The notes beneath the pieces were generated by a model. That model saw only the letters and a program-made list of their open reading frames with translations. It was not told where the DNA came from and searched no databases. The position numbers were made by a program, and so were the translations under genes. A stretch of DNA of 64,000 nt from Octopus bimaculoides (lineage: Eukaryota): contig NC_068986.1 of NCBI RefSeq assembly GCF_001194135.2, forward strand, positions 51,440,297 to 51,504,296. Direction: 5' to 3'. This document shows, piece by piece, positions 1 through 13,887 of the stretch. Every line of letters starts with the position of its first letter. The stretch's first letter is position 1.

Positions 1-3000
1 AAAACAATCAGTGAGTAAAGAGGTACAGGAAGCTGGGACACTGTTGATCAGTGCAAAGCACTGGTAAGGCCACTTGATGAAAAAAAATTTAAATTACACA
101 TAAATAAATAGAAAAAGGCAAAATGTTTTCAAAAAAATTAGCCAAAAAGAAAGGCAACCTGGAGTATATTATCAAGGAGAAACAGAAGCGAACTGTTGGT
201 GCAAGAAAGAAAAAGAAAAAAAAAATGGAAAACTATTTAATAGAACATGTACATTTGTACTGGTAATGAGTAGACAATGAAGCCATATGTAAAGATCACA
301 CAGAATCTATGATTGAATAAATGAATAAGTTTAGGGATATGTAGACACAGACATAGCTGTGTGATTATTGAGAAGCTTGCTTTGCAAACACATGATTCAG
401 GTTCAATCCCACTGCGTGTGGTAGTCTATCATATGCACATGTACATGTATGTGTGTGTGTGTGTGTGCGTGTGTGTGCATGTGTATATAGTTATCTGTAA
501 CTTAATGCAATAAAATGTTCTTTGATGATCCATTGTAATTGAGCATCTAAATCAGAACACTTACCTGAGGGCCCCAAACAACCATACTGGTGAAATATGC
601 ATAGGAACTATAATATAAACTCATGCTTATCCTTACTTCTTGTGTGTGTGTGTGTGTGTGTTTGTGATTATTCATTTTTATTTCAAGATTTCTTGCCAAA
701 AGAGAAAGAGCTGGTTTCTAGCCTAGATCCAAGGCTCCTTCATTGGAATTTCAACATCAACAACAGGGTATTTTTTGTGTGAGTATGTATGTATACGAGC
801 AGATTTGTTTGTTTTGCTTTGTGTATGTATGCTCATGCATGTAGTTGCATGTCTAGAAATGCTCATATATACTTAAATGTTAAACTTCTCAAAAGGTTTA
901 CAGAATTTTACAGTTCCAGTGATGACTTGGAACTGTAGTCTTTGAATAAGCTGTCTCCTTTCTGGCTTTGAGAAGCCTAATTTTTCAAGATTGGTATTTA
1001 GGCAGTGTGTTACATATCCCAGTACCCCAATAATTATTGTTATAAACTTGTATGTATGTATGTACGTATGCATGTATGTATGTACGTATGCATGTATGTA
1101 TGTATGCATGCAAGTGTATGCTTGTTTGTGTCTGTCTCTGCATGGTTTGACAACTGATATTGGTTTGTTTGATAATTTAGTGGTTCAGTAAAGTGAGTAC
1201 CAGACTTTCAAAACATAGGTACTAAAGGTCAATTTGTTTGACTAAACTGTTTAAAGCAGTGCTCTACTTGGATGACTGAAGCAAATCAAAGATTAAAGAC
1301 AGATAAAAGCCATACACTCATTCATTGTGTTTTAAATTGTAGCTCTACCTTCATGGGCTTCAGATAAAGCAACAAACTGAAGCCACTGTAACACAATTTA
1401 ATGAAAGTATATCACTGTTTCATGAGCCAATATGAGAGTCACTAAGCAGTCACTTGACCTATTATTTCTAGCAGGTTCATTAACGAATATGAAATTTTCT
1501 TCCAATCAAATTCTAGTGTTTCAATAAGAAAGGACACATTAGATAATGCAGTATGATATACCAAATGACAAGATGGTCATGGCAAAAGTGCTTTTTGCAA
1601 TAGAGCAGCTCCATCAAGGCTCACCTTGGATTAAACAACAAACTGCTGTTCATGTCATGTTTGTAGCAGAGTTAGAGAAATTATAAACAGATAGTTAAAA
1701 AAAAAAGAAGTTTAAATTCATTAAGCCATATTTTTCCTCCTTAGGACATAAATGAATTTATTATGAGCCAATGAGTAAGCTTCTTCCAACATTGAAAATA
1801 CCAGTCAACACTCTTTTAATTTGCAGCAAATCAGGGTAGCTTCAGAGGCAGTGTGCTTGTAAATAAGAGATGGTAACAATTGAAACACTTTTCATAATAA
1901 GTCTACTCTTTCATCATTTTCCCCGATGAGAATTGCTATGGCAAATAACACAAAGGTTGTATTGTACATGGATTTGTGTGCAGAAATGCTCAAATGTTTA
2001 AGATGTATACACTCCCATTCCAAATATTTTCACCAGGAATAGCATCATGTTTTTAGAATACCCATGTTCATAAAAATAAATATATGCTTGTTGTGTATCT
2101 CATTTATCAAATAGTAAAAAGAGCTGTACAAGAAAAAGGAAAAAGACTGTGTTTATGTTTGCACTCTACAAAAGTCACTCCCTATGAGGAGTATTGCTGT
2201 TGTCACTCCTGTCAACAAATCACCTACTTTCATGCTTTCAAAGATTTGTGAAATAAAATCACTCCCATCACTCAACTGGTACCTATTTTATTGATCCCAA
2301 AAGGATGAAAGACAAAGTTGACCTCAGCAGAATTTGAACTCAGAATGTGAAGACGGATGAAATATCGCAAAGCATTTTGCTCGGCATGTTAACAATTCTG
2401 CCAGCTTGCTGTCCTCATAATAACAATAATAATGATCCTTTCTACTAAAAGCACAAGACCTGAAATTTAGTGGGAAGAGGCTAGTTGATTACATCAACCT
2501 CAGTGTTTCGTTGGTACTTAATTTATCGACCCCAAATGGATGAAAGGCACAATCGACCTCGGTGGAATTTGAACTCAGAATGTAGTAATGTGCGAAATGC
2601 TGCAAGCATTTTGTCCAGTGTGCTAACAATTCTGCCAGCTCTCCACTTTAATAATGATAATTTATTTACCAGGATTTAAAACAGAACAAAGAATGTAGAG
2701 ATAGCAAAAATGGGCTGATGATGCTGCTATTATAGGTTTGTTTGATCAGTACTGACATGGAACTCAACAACAGTAGTAAATTGTTGATTGTGGATCTGCA
2801 AAAACATTCTTTTTGTAATGGGCTGGGTGAGGTAATTTATCTCTCATTCTTCACAGCTGTATGAACAGCACTTTAAGGTGAGGGCTTTGGCATATTTGTG
2901 CCTTATATGGGTGTCACCAGATGTTCAGGATTGAAGTATTCTCTAGCTCTGAGAAAGGAAACCCCAAAATAATTTTGTGTTTCAGCCCCTTGACTATGTG

Positions 3001-3805
3001 AAAAATGTAATGTAACTGTAAGAGTATGAAAGAAAGAATGAGAAGGAAATGACAAGTTAAGCACACACACACACAAACAGAAGCTCATATTACAGAATAG
3101 GTTTAATGTCTACTGAGGAATTCTTGCATCAATAGATACTATTAAACAACTCCCTCTATGTACACATGCATAGACAAAAGAGAAAGTTCATAAAAAATCT
3201 CATAGCAAAATACAAGTTTTGTTTTGTAATAGGAACATTAACCACATTGGTTTCACAGATTTCAGAGTGCCTGTGAAGTCCAGTGGGTTGGCTACTTCAT
3301 CCAGACCAACACAATATAAATAGATAAATAAAGCTAAAAAACAAAAGAATATTGCAATTAGAATTATCCTCAGTGGATTAACTGCTGCTAATTTTATTGT
3401 TCACTAAGTGATGACAGACAAAATTAATAACAGATACTCCAAAAATATGTGCACATCTGTATGGGCATGATTGAGCATATGCAAATTTATGTGATAAAGG
3501 GCAGAAGAATGTATAATCCTGAAATAAAAGAGTCTTTTGTTATTATCATTATTCTGTGTTCAATGACTGAGAGTGTGTCAAGGTAAAAAAAATAATCTAT
3601 ATCAAAGGAGATAATGAAGTCTAGAGACTCATCTACTAAAGGAGGATGGAGTATTTTCTATGTCAGAGAATACATCAAGGGAGAAAAACTAACCAGGAGA
3701 TAAGTTGTGAAACTAGTTTCTACTAGAATTGGTTTGGTTTGTAGGTTTTCGTTGTGCAAAACAATGGCAAATCCTAGATTTCCTAGAACTTGACCTTAAA
3801 CTGAC

Positions 3806-3985
3806 CTGATGCATGGTGAAAAGTTGCTAAAGAAAAGTTGCTATCACTTGACTGGTGAATTGGCTGTTTCTCTTTCTCTTTATCTGCATGCATATAACTT
3901 GATGATGGAAAAGTGTCCAGTGCTGTACTTAACCTATCATCAGAGCTGGTTTGAGATATTTTTCGAAAAAAATGAGATATGGTAC
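3806..3985 (-). CDS. NCX: Paralogous cassette exon 3 (180 nt, phase 1 to 1): GTISHFFRKISQTSSDDRLSTALDTFPSSSYMHADKEKEKQPIHQSSDSNFSLATFHHAS
   Basis: tgttctattctag|GT ... TCAG|gtcagt. It lies within ORF 3783..4133 and its N-terminus matches exon 2. Confidence 0.8.
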
Positions 3986-6900
3986 CTAGAATAGAACACA
4001 TGGCATATATTGACACACCAATATCGTTTAGCTCAAGTTTTAACATGAAATAATAGTGCAAGGCTGCTCGTTCCAGGAAAATGTGATGCCATGTATGAAA
4101 AAAGCATTTGAAAATTTTTGGTCTAATAACCAACAGCTACTGATAATTTTCACCTAATGTGAATAGAAATTTTTGAGTAAATACAATTACTAAGGAAAAC
4201 AAGTTTTTAAAAAAAAATATACTAGTTGTTTTTACTTATAACCAAAACATTTATTTAGAGAAACTATTTAAAAAAAGAAATCTTATGAAGTATATAATTG
4301 AAAATTATATATTCATTTTATAAGGATATTTTGAATAGTTATTTGAATATCAGTGTTTGGTGTATATGGAGCAAATTCCTCTAGAATAATATATGCTGGA
4401 AGAATTCAAACAAGAACTAATAGCTTTCACAAAACATAACAAAAGCTTCAGACCATTTTCTAAAGAATTGTCAGCTATCATGCTGTGCTTCACATTAACT
4501 GACTTGATTGATTAATTCAATAAGATTTTGGATAATTCTCAAAAGGTAAGAATAGTGAAAAGAATACTTTTCGTTTTGTTTTGGCTTTTTTTTTTTATAT
4601 AGAGATATGGCAATTGAATTATTTTCAATGCTGTACGAAATAGTTTGCATGACACTGTAGTTTAGCTGGTCACTCATTTCAGAATACTTGGCATCAATAT
4701 TCATTTTTAAGATAGATATATGGAAAAACAGAATATTGAACTCTTAATGATAGTGAAGACGACTGAAACAATACAGGCTTCCATATTATTCTGTTCTCAA
4801 ATATTGGTTTCAAATTTTGGTACAAGGCCAGCAAGTTTGGAGAAGCTCAGTCAATTACATCAACCCCAGGGCTCAAGTGGTACTTATTTTATTGACTCTG
4901 AAATGATGAAAAGCAAAGTCAACTTTGGTTGAATTTGAACTCAGAACACAAAGACTCAGCATTTTGCCCAGCATGCAAACAATTCTTCTATCTTGCCCTT
5001 TTACTGTTCCCAAATACTGTCTTCATCAATGTAAAAGCATTTTTACAACATTCTTTTCTTATACCTAGCTTTGCTAAAACATAATATTACAAAGATCTAG
5101 AACAGTTTGGTTATTTCATTCTTTTTCCCATAATGTCATTTGTTGCAATCTACAAGAATCATAATAGTCTGTGGAAAGTTTCATTTCTAAGCGTGATAGA
5201 TGGCAGAGTTGTCAGGATGTTGGAGAATATACCCTGTGTTAATTAGTTACATCTTTCAATGTTCTGAGTTTGAATCATGTTGGGTTTAAGTATGTTTTCA
5301 TCTTGCCAAGGGTCAACAAAACAAGTACCACTTGGTATACAATCAGTTGTTATCTGCCCACAAAAGTATCAGTGGGACTGACCATTCAACAGATGCCTCT
5401 CATCACCAAAAGATCACTCAACTGGTTATTGATCTGAACCGGAGCATGAAGTCATCATCATTATCGTTTAACGTCCGTTTTCCAAGCTGGCATAGGTTGA
5501 ACGGTCTGACAGAAGCTGGAATCACCAAAGAGCTGTCTAGGCTTCAACTGTCTGTTTTGGCATGATTTCTATGGCTTGATACCCTTCTTAATGCCAACCC
5601 TTTACAGAGCATGCTGGGTATTTTTTACCTGACACCAGCATGAGTGCATCGTACATGGCACTGGCATGAGTGCATTGTATGTGGTACTGGCACAAAACAG
5701 TAATAAACGTAGGTTAGTCAATCATAAAGAACCCCAAAGCAATGATAATTGGGTCATATTTAAAAACTAGCAGACTTGTTATGCCATCAACTAAATATGG
5801 TATACAATCTGACATCTTAATGAAGACAAACCCTACTGTGACCTTAAATAACATTACTTAACTCTGTCACAATCCAACAAGTGTGGTAACTATTGAAGAG
5901 TTTACACATCTACAAACCAACCAAAATGACTCAGTATGAACAACAATGTGATAATTGTATGATTATGTACAACCATAAATGGCATAGATTATAAGTAACT
6001 TAATTCCAAGAGAAAACATTATAGAAATTTTATATCTTATATATCAGACAACACATAAGTTTTGTGATGTCTTCTATATTCTGTCTTAAATTACTTTCCA
6101 CATTTCAAACCAATGGGAGAGCATCTGCACAAATGTTCAACCTACTAGAAACAACAGTCATATTTTCCTCCAACCATACCTTAGCATGTAAGAAAAAAGT
6201 GTGTATGTATGTGTGTGTGTGTGGGGGGGGGCATCACATTAGATAGTATAGTGCTTCGCATACATAAAAGTAGCTGCTGGAACACTAGTTATCATGATCC
6301 TAAATATTTTTTTTTGTACAATAGTTTCCTTTAAGTCTTTTCTTTTGATAGATTCTCTCATTTTAAGGTTTATTTGGCTGTTCACTATGCCAAGAAAGAA
6401 ACCTCTATGTGGTTGCTTGGCCTGCAAAAAATAGCAGCCCAGTCGCTTTCATATCACACATTAGCATTTTTTTAAAGGATGCATTGGTAAAAGCAGTCAT
6501 AGAATTACTGTAACAAAAGAAAAAGAAAGAAATAAAAATTATCGGATGGACGTAGCTGAAAAACTTGTGATCATAGGTCAGCTCACTCAGGAATTATTTA
6601 GAGTTAAAACACCATCACCACCACCACAACCTATACATATATCCATCATAATCAATGACTATGTGGATCAACCAGATGTGTTTCTATGGCAATGTGCAAA
6701 TGGATGGATAAATGCAGACATCTGCCATTATTATCACACATTATATCATTGCTTTGCTTGTAAATTACTACTAATCTACAAAATAGTTGTTAACAGACGA
6801 CAAGAATACACGCTAACTCACACAAACCATTTTGACCTGGAGATGGCAACAAAAGGCATGTTTTTTTTTCTTCTCTTTCCCTGATTTGGATGGTGGGGTG

Positions 6901-7273
6901 GGATGCCCTCTCAGGCTAATTTGTTATCAGATGGCATCAGTGCTCATGCAAAACATAGAAAGCTAAAGTGATATCTATAAATATAAACAGTGTATGTAGT
7001 TTATCAATTAGAAGTAGAGAAATAGAAAGGAGAAGGAAATTAATTGCCAGAAACCAGACTTGTTATATAGACAATTGAAATGAATGTATGTGTGTATGCG
7101 TATGTATACTAAAGTATGTGCACAAGAAAATGAGCAACATGAAAAATTGCAGGCACATATGAGAATAAGTGCTTTATTTGTGTATTAAGGCTACTGTTGG
7201 TTTCATGTTAAGGAAGTCTTCAACAATATTCGAGCCTATCACACAGAACATTGGTGTTTGTTTTCATTTTGGA

Positions 7274-7319
<46 letters not shown>

Positions 7320-7902
7320 CCATAATGCACGATATCCTCTAACACCTACCCTACAATGTCATTCTAAGAATAAAACAATCACATCATCAAAATCTCAAAA
7401 GTACAAGATAATGCATGATAGGCAGAGTAATCTGAGTGCTAAAAGGTTAAGGACTCAAAAGCTTACAGTTGGGATAAGGTAAAATAAGTAAATACCCCCT
7501 TTAGTCATGAATGACCATGGGATTGCACCTAGAAAGTTACCCTCCAAGGCACGAATCTGGGCAAGGTTGTTTATGGAAAAACAGCAATTGCCTATGCATA
7601 CCAGCCTCTCCTCTCCATCCCACCAATATTATCCAAGGGAAAGATGAAAGCTGATACAGCTTGGCACCAGTGACGTCACAACTCATGTCTATGGGTGAGT
7701 GAACTGGAGCAACATGAAATAAAGTGTCCTGCTCAAAAACACAACACACAACCTTGTCCGGGAATTGAACTCACTACTTCATGATTAGAACCTAGTATTT
7801 TATGTTTGCTATGTTTTGTGTCTCTCTGAATACTGAACTGCTGAAGACAATCTAAGGGATTAAATGATGACAGTTATCAGTGCGGCTGGTGCATATTCTG
7901 AC

Positions 7903-8094
7903 CTGACATTCTTTGATGCATGGGGGCAGTATTAGAAGTAGAAGGAGATTTAGGCATTGAAGCCTTTCCGCTAGAGTGTTTATCTTTCTCGGATTCGTTT
8001 TGCATCAAACTGACTTTGGCTGAGTTTAGCGTCTCAATTGTATCCTCAACAAAGCTGCTTTGAGAGATTTTGCGGAAAAGTGTTGACATTGTGC
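7903..8094 (-). CDS. NCX: Paralogous cassette exon 2 (192 nt, phase 1 to 1): GTMSTLFRKISQSSFVEDTIETLNSAKVSLMQNESEKDKHSSGKASMPKSPSTSNTAPMHQRMS
   Basis: ttattattttag|GC ... TCAG|gtcaga. It lies within ORF 7877..8158, shares QRMS|G with exon 1 and shares FRKISQ with exon 3. Confidence 0.8.
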
Positions 8095-9407
8095 CTAAAA
8101 TAATAACAACAACGATAACAACAACAACAACAATAATGATAATAAAAATAATAAACAAGACAAATAAATAGTAGCAGCATGGAGCTGAGCTTCTGTTTCG
8201 TATGGTATGATGGTGCAGAGAAAGGATTTTCTACTGAAAGGAACAACACAATCAGTAATTATTTTGTAAATTGCTAACTGAACTGATACTGCTGCTACTA
8301 CTACTACTACTAATAATAATAATAAAGAATACAAAAAGCAAACAAATGATAAAACTGACAACAGAATTTATCAGTGTTCAATACATATAAGGTGAAAATC
8401 ATTCAGTGTAGCTCATGTCACTGAAATAAATAAAATCTAATAATAATATTATTTGGATTGCAATTTTGTCACTTTTTATTGATTTTTTTTTCTTCTTGTC
8501 ATATTTAACATTAAAGATTACTGTAGGCCAAAACTATAGCATACATTGTTTAAATATGTTAACAATAAGAATCCAAGATATTCTTCATAAATGAAATAAA
8601 AATCAGAATGCCATACAAGAATACTTCTTCACTCAACAATGGCAAGGAAAGAAAAAACTAACTGTAGCTAATGAAATATTTCTTGAGAAGAGAGAGAGAG
8701 AGAAAAAAAAAACGAAAAGAAAAAAAGCAATATCTAAATTTGGGTTCATATACATGCAATTTATATCTGGAAAAGGGAAGTACAAAATTAAAAAAAGGGA
8801 TAGAATTTAGAGCAAGATACACGCACACACACATATATATACATATGTATACAGATATATACATAGGTTTATACATACATCACATATACTTGAAATTTAG
8901 GTATTTCTAATATAAACTTACAAAAATAAAAATAAATGAAAGTCCAGAGCTAAGAAACTAGTGAGTTCATTTAAAAAAACTTCATTTACAAAGCGAACAA
9001 TGGAAGTCATTATGCAGTCACACAACCAGCTAGAAAGAGCAGCAAAGTTCCTTTCAGATCCCATTCTAACCCCTCTTAAAAATAGGAAGAACACTCATGA
9101 TAATGCAGTTCTTGACCCTTTTTTTCTTTCTCATTTTTTGTTAAGATTTGATAATAGAAGAAACGAGTAAGGAAGGACAGCCCTCATGATATTTCCAATT
9201 TTCAGGGTGTGTGAGACTTACAGGAGGAACGGTGGAAATTATCTTCAGACTAAAAGCCTGGCCTGAATGCTTAAGATAGATGAGATTCTATGAAAGACAC
9301 CCACAAGCCAAGATGAATGTGTTGAAGTTGGCAATGGATTAAGTCTCCAACCTGAAACAGAAATGGTCTTTTCAATGAGCATCCACATTGTGTTCTTCCA
9401 CCAAATT

Positions 9408-9635
9408 TAATCCTTTAGCATTGAAACTGGCCATATCCAGCCAACATATTCTACCTGTTTCATGTTTAAACAAGGCAGATCCAGCCTCTCACACGTAGCC
9501 TGTAATATCATTCGAGAAATATACAATCACATCAATGAGATCTCAAAGCTACAAGATAATACAGGATGAATTGTAAACAATATGAATAAATAAGGAATAC
9601 AATAGATGGAGTAATCTGAATACTAAAGGGTTAAC
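9408..9635. mobile_element. piggyBac-like (TTAA) MITE, representative copy
   Basis: Termini ttaa(t/c)cctttag ... ctaaagggttaa. Related copies at about 16808-17035, 47870-48262 (interrupted), 7255-7450 and 49640-49780. A second TTAA family occurs at about 62738-62952 and 23080-23450. Confidence 0.75.
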
Positions 9636-11339
9636 TTACAAGATTTTAGTTGACCTAAGGCTATAGTAGAAGACTCTTACCTGAGGGGTCCCCATGGTGG
9701 TAGTTGATATTGAACCTTAAACTATTTAGTTGTGAAGCAGGTATTTCAATTATGCAGCCCTACCTGTGTCTCCAAAAGACAGGATGAACAGGGCAAGAAC
9801 AGTTAGCTTTGATTATATGTATGCTCGGTCAGAATTATCCTTGGGATAAGCAACTTAATTTCCAACAAGAAATGTGAAGAAAAATGAAGATAAATAAAAT
9901 ATTTGAAATTTCATCTTTTGACTAATCACAAAACTGAAACATTTTCCTTCTTATGGAAAGTCTTAGGGTAGACTGAGCCACTGCAAATTATTTTATCAAT
10001 CACCCTTTGCCCCAGAACTCAAACCTTAGATGAATGAATGTTAAAATAAACTTGAAATTGTGGTAGGTGGGAGAACTACATAGAGCAATTCATGTAGTCC
10101 AGATCAATAAGTTTTTCAGTAGTCAGACATATCAATTGGGGTGGGGTGGGCAGGGAGGAATGAATTGTCATTATAATGTTATGTCTTCAGAGTCATTCTG
10201 ATAAATGTCTAACATTTTTCAAAAATAGTATTGATGTATCTAAATAAAAAAAATGTCTAAGTTTTACTAGTTTGTCAACCAATTTAATCTAAGAATGATT
10301 TGAAGTAAACAATTTCTTAGTGGAAGAGACATGATAGTGGTTTAACACACACATAAATCTACGCACCATTATATTTGATTCTAGTTTATTTTGTAATAAT
10401 ACTATAATACACATCATAAAAGAATCAAAGTGTCTTATTTGTACATCTCTAACCTAGTCACTACTATTACTAAGTAGTACATAAAATACTATTATAGATA
10501 AACATAAGTAAACATGCAATATGAGTGTATTTTAAGTGGTTATCATGACGACTATAATGCAATTGTAAATGGAAAGTATTGACAAAAAATCAAATATCTA
10601 ACACCTGTAGAAATTTGGTGAGTAGATAATGACATTCCAGAACAAAAGACAGGCATATAAACTAAGAAATTATTTTCAGTCTAGCTTGTTTTAGCAGCCA
10701 TGTGGTTTTGGGTTTGGTCCACTGCACAACACCTTGAGCAAGGCAAGTGTCTTCTACTATAGGCCCGGATCAACAAATGCTTTGTGAGTGAATTTGATAG
10801 AAGGAAACAGTGCTGGAGCCTGTTATATATATATGGTAAATGAAAGACTAAAGATGGAATATACAAGAATTTATTATTAATCACGACAATTGATTTGACA
10901 CATCTAGAATCAATCCCTCACACGTGGGACACTCAACAACTGGTTCAGGTGCATCTGGTAGTGATAAATTGACACAACTCGTTAAAATAACAGTTCCGCA
11001 ATGTATCTTCTTTCATAGAAAGAAAAGCAGCAGAACGAAGGAAATACCTTCATTTACATAGAAGATCAAAAATAAAATCACAGATGCAAAAAAAAAAAAA
11101 CCAAACACACAATACAGTGAGAAAAGAATTGAAAATAATCGTTAACAAATATGGATGTATAAACACCCTTGAGCAAGCTGCATGGTGCATGTACACTCGC
11201 TCATACAAGCATCTGCGAAAATGTAAGCATATGCACATGTGTTTGGTGCACTCATGATCACAAAACAAGTTAAATATCTACTTGGTATTTATAAGAATGG
11301 AGAGGTTAAAACTAAACTTAATTTATCCATACTTTAAAG

Positions 11340-12030
11340 TAAATTATGATAACAGTTACTCAAATTCATTCCCACTGCATTGTGAGAAAGTACATTTATA
11401 TGAATGTAGGCATCATGAGAGTCTTTCAGAAATTCTATTAATGATCTTCTCATTAGTCCACAGAATAAACAGAGATTCCTTGTAGCAGAGATAGCATCTC
11501 CTGGAAATGATATTGTATGGTTATGCTGTATTTAATTTTATTCTCCTTCAGTCATCATACAAAATCAGCCAAAGATGTTGAATGTCTCTTATTGATTGTC
11601 TTAAAGCTGGCAACATGGTTATGATAACGATTCTTAAATGAATCAACCGTCTGTCCAATGTAAACATACGGCCCTCCCCTTGTGTGCATGGTACATTTAT
11701 ATACAAGACTTGTATTCATACGAAGGTTCATCAATTTGATTTTTCTCTGCACGTGCATTTATCATATCTATTTGTATATAAGGTAGTTCTAACTTTATTA
11801 CTGTGTTAGCTGTATCATAAGCGTTTCTACTCAATAAATTTGGCTGTAATTGGTGTTTTTCATTGTGGTTTATATCTCCTTTGTTGGTACTTAGATGCAC
11901 ATGTTTGCTAGATCCAAAAGGTGGGTTATTGAACCTTTGTTGCATTTTACTATTGTTTATGTGGTGCATAAGCTGCTCTAAATTAGCAGAGTTAGCATAG
12001 GAGACCTTCATGGTGTGTCGATTAAAAATA
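11340..12030 (-). mobile_element. Penelope-like retroelement 3' fragment with a decayed GIY-YIG endonuclease
   Basis: Frameshifted peptides KVSYANSANL..., LVYKCT...YVYIGQTVDSFKNRYHNHVASFK...STSLADFV and RCYLCYKESLFIL...INRISE match the Penelope GIY-YIG layout. Confidence 0.85.
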
Positions 12031-12394
12031 CATATATATACATACATACACAAACACACATGTGAATGTGTGTATACATATAAATATATTATCAACATAA
12101 CTGACTTAACAATAATTCAAAATGTGTTGTGTGTATTTTTTTGTTAATGTTTGTCCTCCCAAATCACTTGAAAACTGGTGTTTATTTGTCTCTGTAACTT
12201 ACCAGTTTGGCAAAAGAGACTGGTAGAATAAATACCAGTCTCTTTTGCCAAACTTAAGAAAAAAAGTACTAAGATTGATTTGTTGAACTAAACTCTTCAA
12301 GGCAGTCCTCCAGCATGGCTGCAATCCAATGAGTGAAACAAGTAAGAGTTAAAAGAAAATTATGTAACTACTACACACTACATTATTTACATTA

Positions 12395-12880
12395 TTTACA
12401 TTTGACGGATATTTGTCCTCATCTTGTTTGCTGTTAATAATAGACAGAGAACACCAATGGAAAATACGTAAACTAAAAGAAGCAGCACATATGCTAGGAC
12501 TCAACAACCTCCTAAGCAGACCGAGTGCAGATATGAGCAGCATATGGGAACCGGTATCAAGGAAGGATAGAAAAATATTAGATTTATAAGCCCTAAAATT
12601 CACTCCATAATTGCCCACGGGCATATGGCATAGTGGTTAAGAGCGTGGGCTACTAACCCCAAGATTCCTAGTTCGATTCCAAGCAGTGACCTGAACAATA
12701 GTGATAATAACATCGAAAAATGCCCTAGGAATGAGAACCCAGGTTCAAAATTTCTTCAAGACACCCGATAAAGGCTGGAGGGTATATCCACCGAAAAGTT
12801 GTGTTAACAACAAACAAGATGAGGACAAATATCCATCAAATGTAAATGTACGTAATTCCTCATCTCTTAAATATAGAATT
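12395..12880 (+). mobile_element. Penelope-like pseudo-LTR unit: inverted tail, GIY-YIG C-terminus, tRNA-like segment and degenerate hammerhead-like motif
   Basis: 43-bp inverted arms at 12395-12437 and 12804-12846 with 2 mismatches. Peptide IIDREHQWKIRKLKEAAHMLGLNNLLSRPS. A/B-box tRNA-like segment at 12619-12691. Confidence 0.75.
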
Positions 12881-13848
12881 GTACTACACACTACAGTTTG
12901 TCTTTTGATAGTTTGCTGTATCCATGTCTTCATTAGAAGCAATGTGATGGTATTGTGGAAGATAGACAAGGAACAGAGTTAACAGTTCAGAAGAAAGCAT
13001 TTCTATTACAAATGAATTCTCAAGAAAGTATAGTGGAGCCATAATCCACAAGACAGTGAATACAGGAAGCAAACCCAGTAAGTACTTCTGAAGAGAAGAC
13101 AATGAAGACTAAGATTTAAAACTTATTACGTAGCAGACCACAGAGAATATAGTTGCATTAAATTATTTGTAAATCTGCATGGCATTTGCATGTCAAGCGT
13201 TGGTCTGATATTAACCAGACAAAACTTAGTCAGTGTGAAAGATGATTTCTCTGGTGAATACACACATTTATATATATTTAGACATGGGTGTGGGGTTAAG
13301 AAGTTTGCTTTTTAACTGCATTGCTCCAGGTTCAGCCCCATTGAGTGGCATGTTGGGTAAATGTATCGTACAGTAACTCTGGGCTGATCAAAACTTTGTC
13401 AGTAGATTTGGTAGATGGAAACTGAAAGAAGCCCATCATAAACATAAATACATATTCTTTTACTCTTTTAGTTGTTTCAGTCATTTGACTGCAGCCATGC
13501 TGGAGCACAATCTTATAGGGTCTTTTCTTTAGTCGAAGAAATTGACCCCAAGACTTATTCTTTGTAAGCCTAGTACTTATTCTATTGGGCTCTTTTGCCA
13601 AACTGCTAAGTTACGGGGACATAAAGGCGAACACAGGCATAAAGACTTATTCACATAAATATACACACAGACACACACATATATATGACAGGCTTCTTTC
13701 AATTTCCATCTACCAAATCCACTCACAAGGCTTTGGTCGGCCCAAGGCTATAGTGGAAGACACTTGCCCAAGGTGTAATGCAGTGGGACTGAACCTGGAA
13801 TCATGTGGTTGGGAAGCTAGCTTCTTAACACACAGTCACACCTGTGCC

Positions 13849-13887
<39 letters not shown>

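Noticed and set aside
558-610. Perfect minus-strand donor CAG|GTAAGT with a possible 43-nt exon
   Set aside because: It appears to derive from a diverged SINE segment (compare 9661-9700), and the phase would be 1 to 2.
2900-2950. Strong acceptor tttcctttctcag giving ELENTSILNIW* or AREYFNPEHLVTPI*
   Set aside because: There is no good donor, the phase-1 reading stops, and it has no NCX similarity.
6239-6424. Acceptor ttttttgcag with an open phase-0 frame (AKQPHRG...)
   Set aside because: The phase-1 reading stops after 5 codons and there is no donor.
8180-8233. Acceptor gttcctttcag 139 nt upstream of paralog 2
   Set aside because: It is out of frame with paralog 2 and has no intervening donor.
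12619-12691. tRNA gene
   Set aside because: The acceptor stem does not close and the segment is embedded in a retroelement. The same applies to 43413-43485, which is a SINE head.
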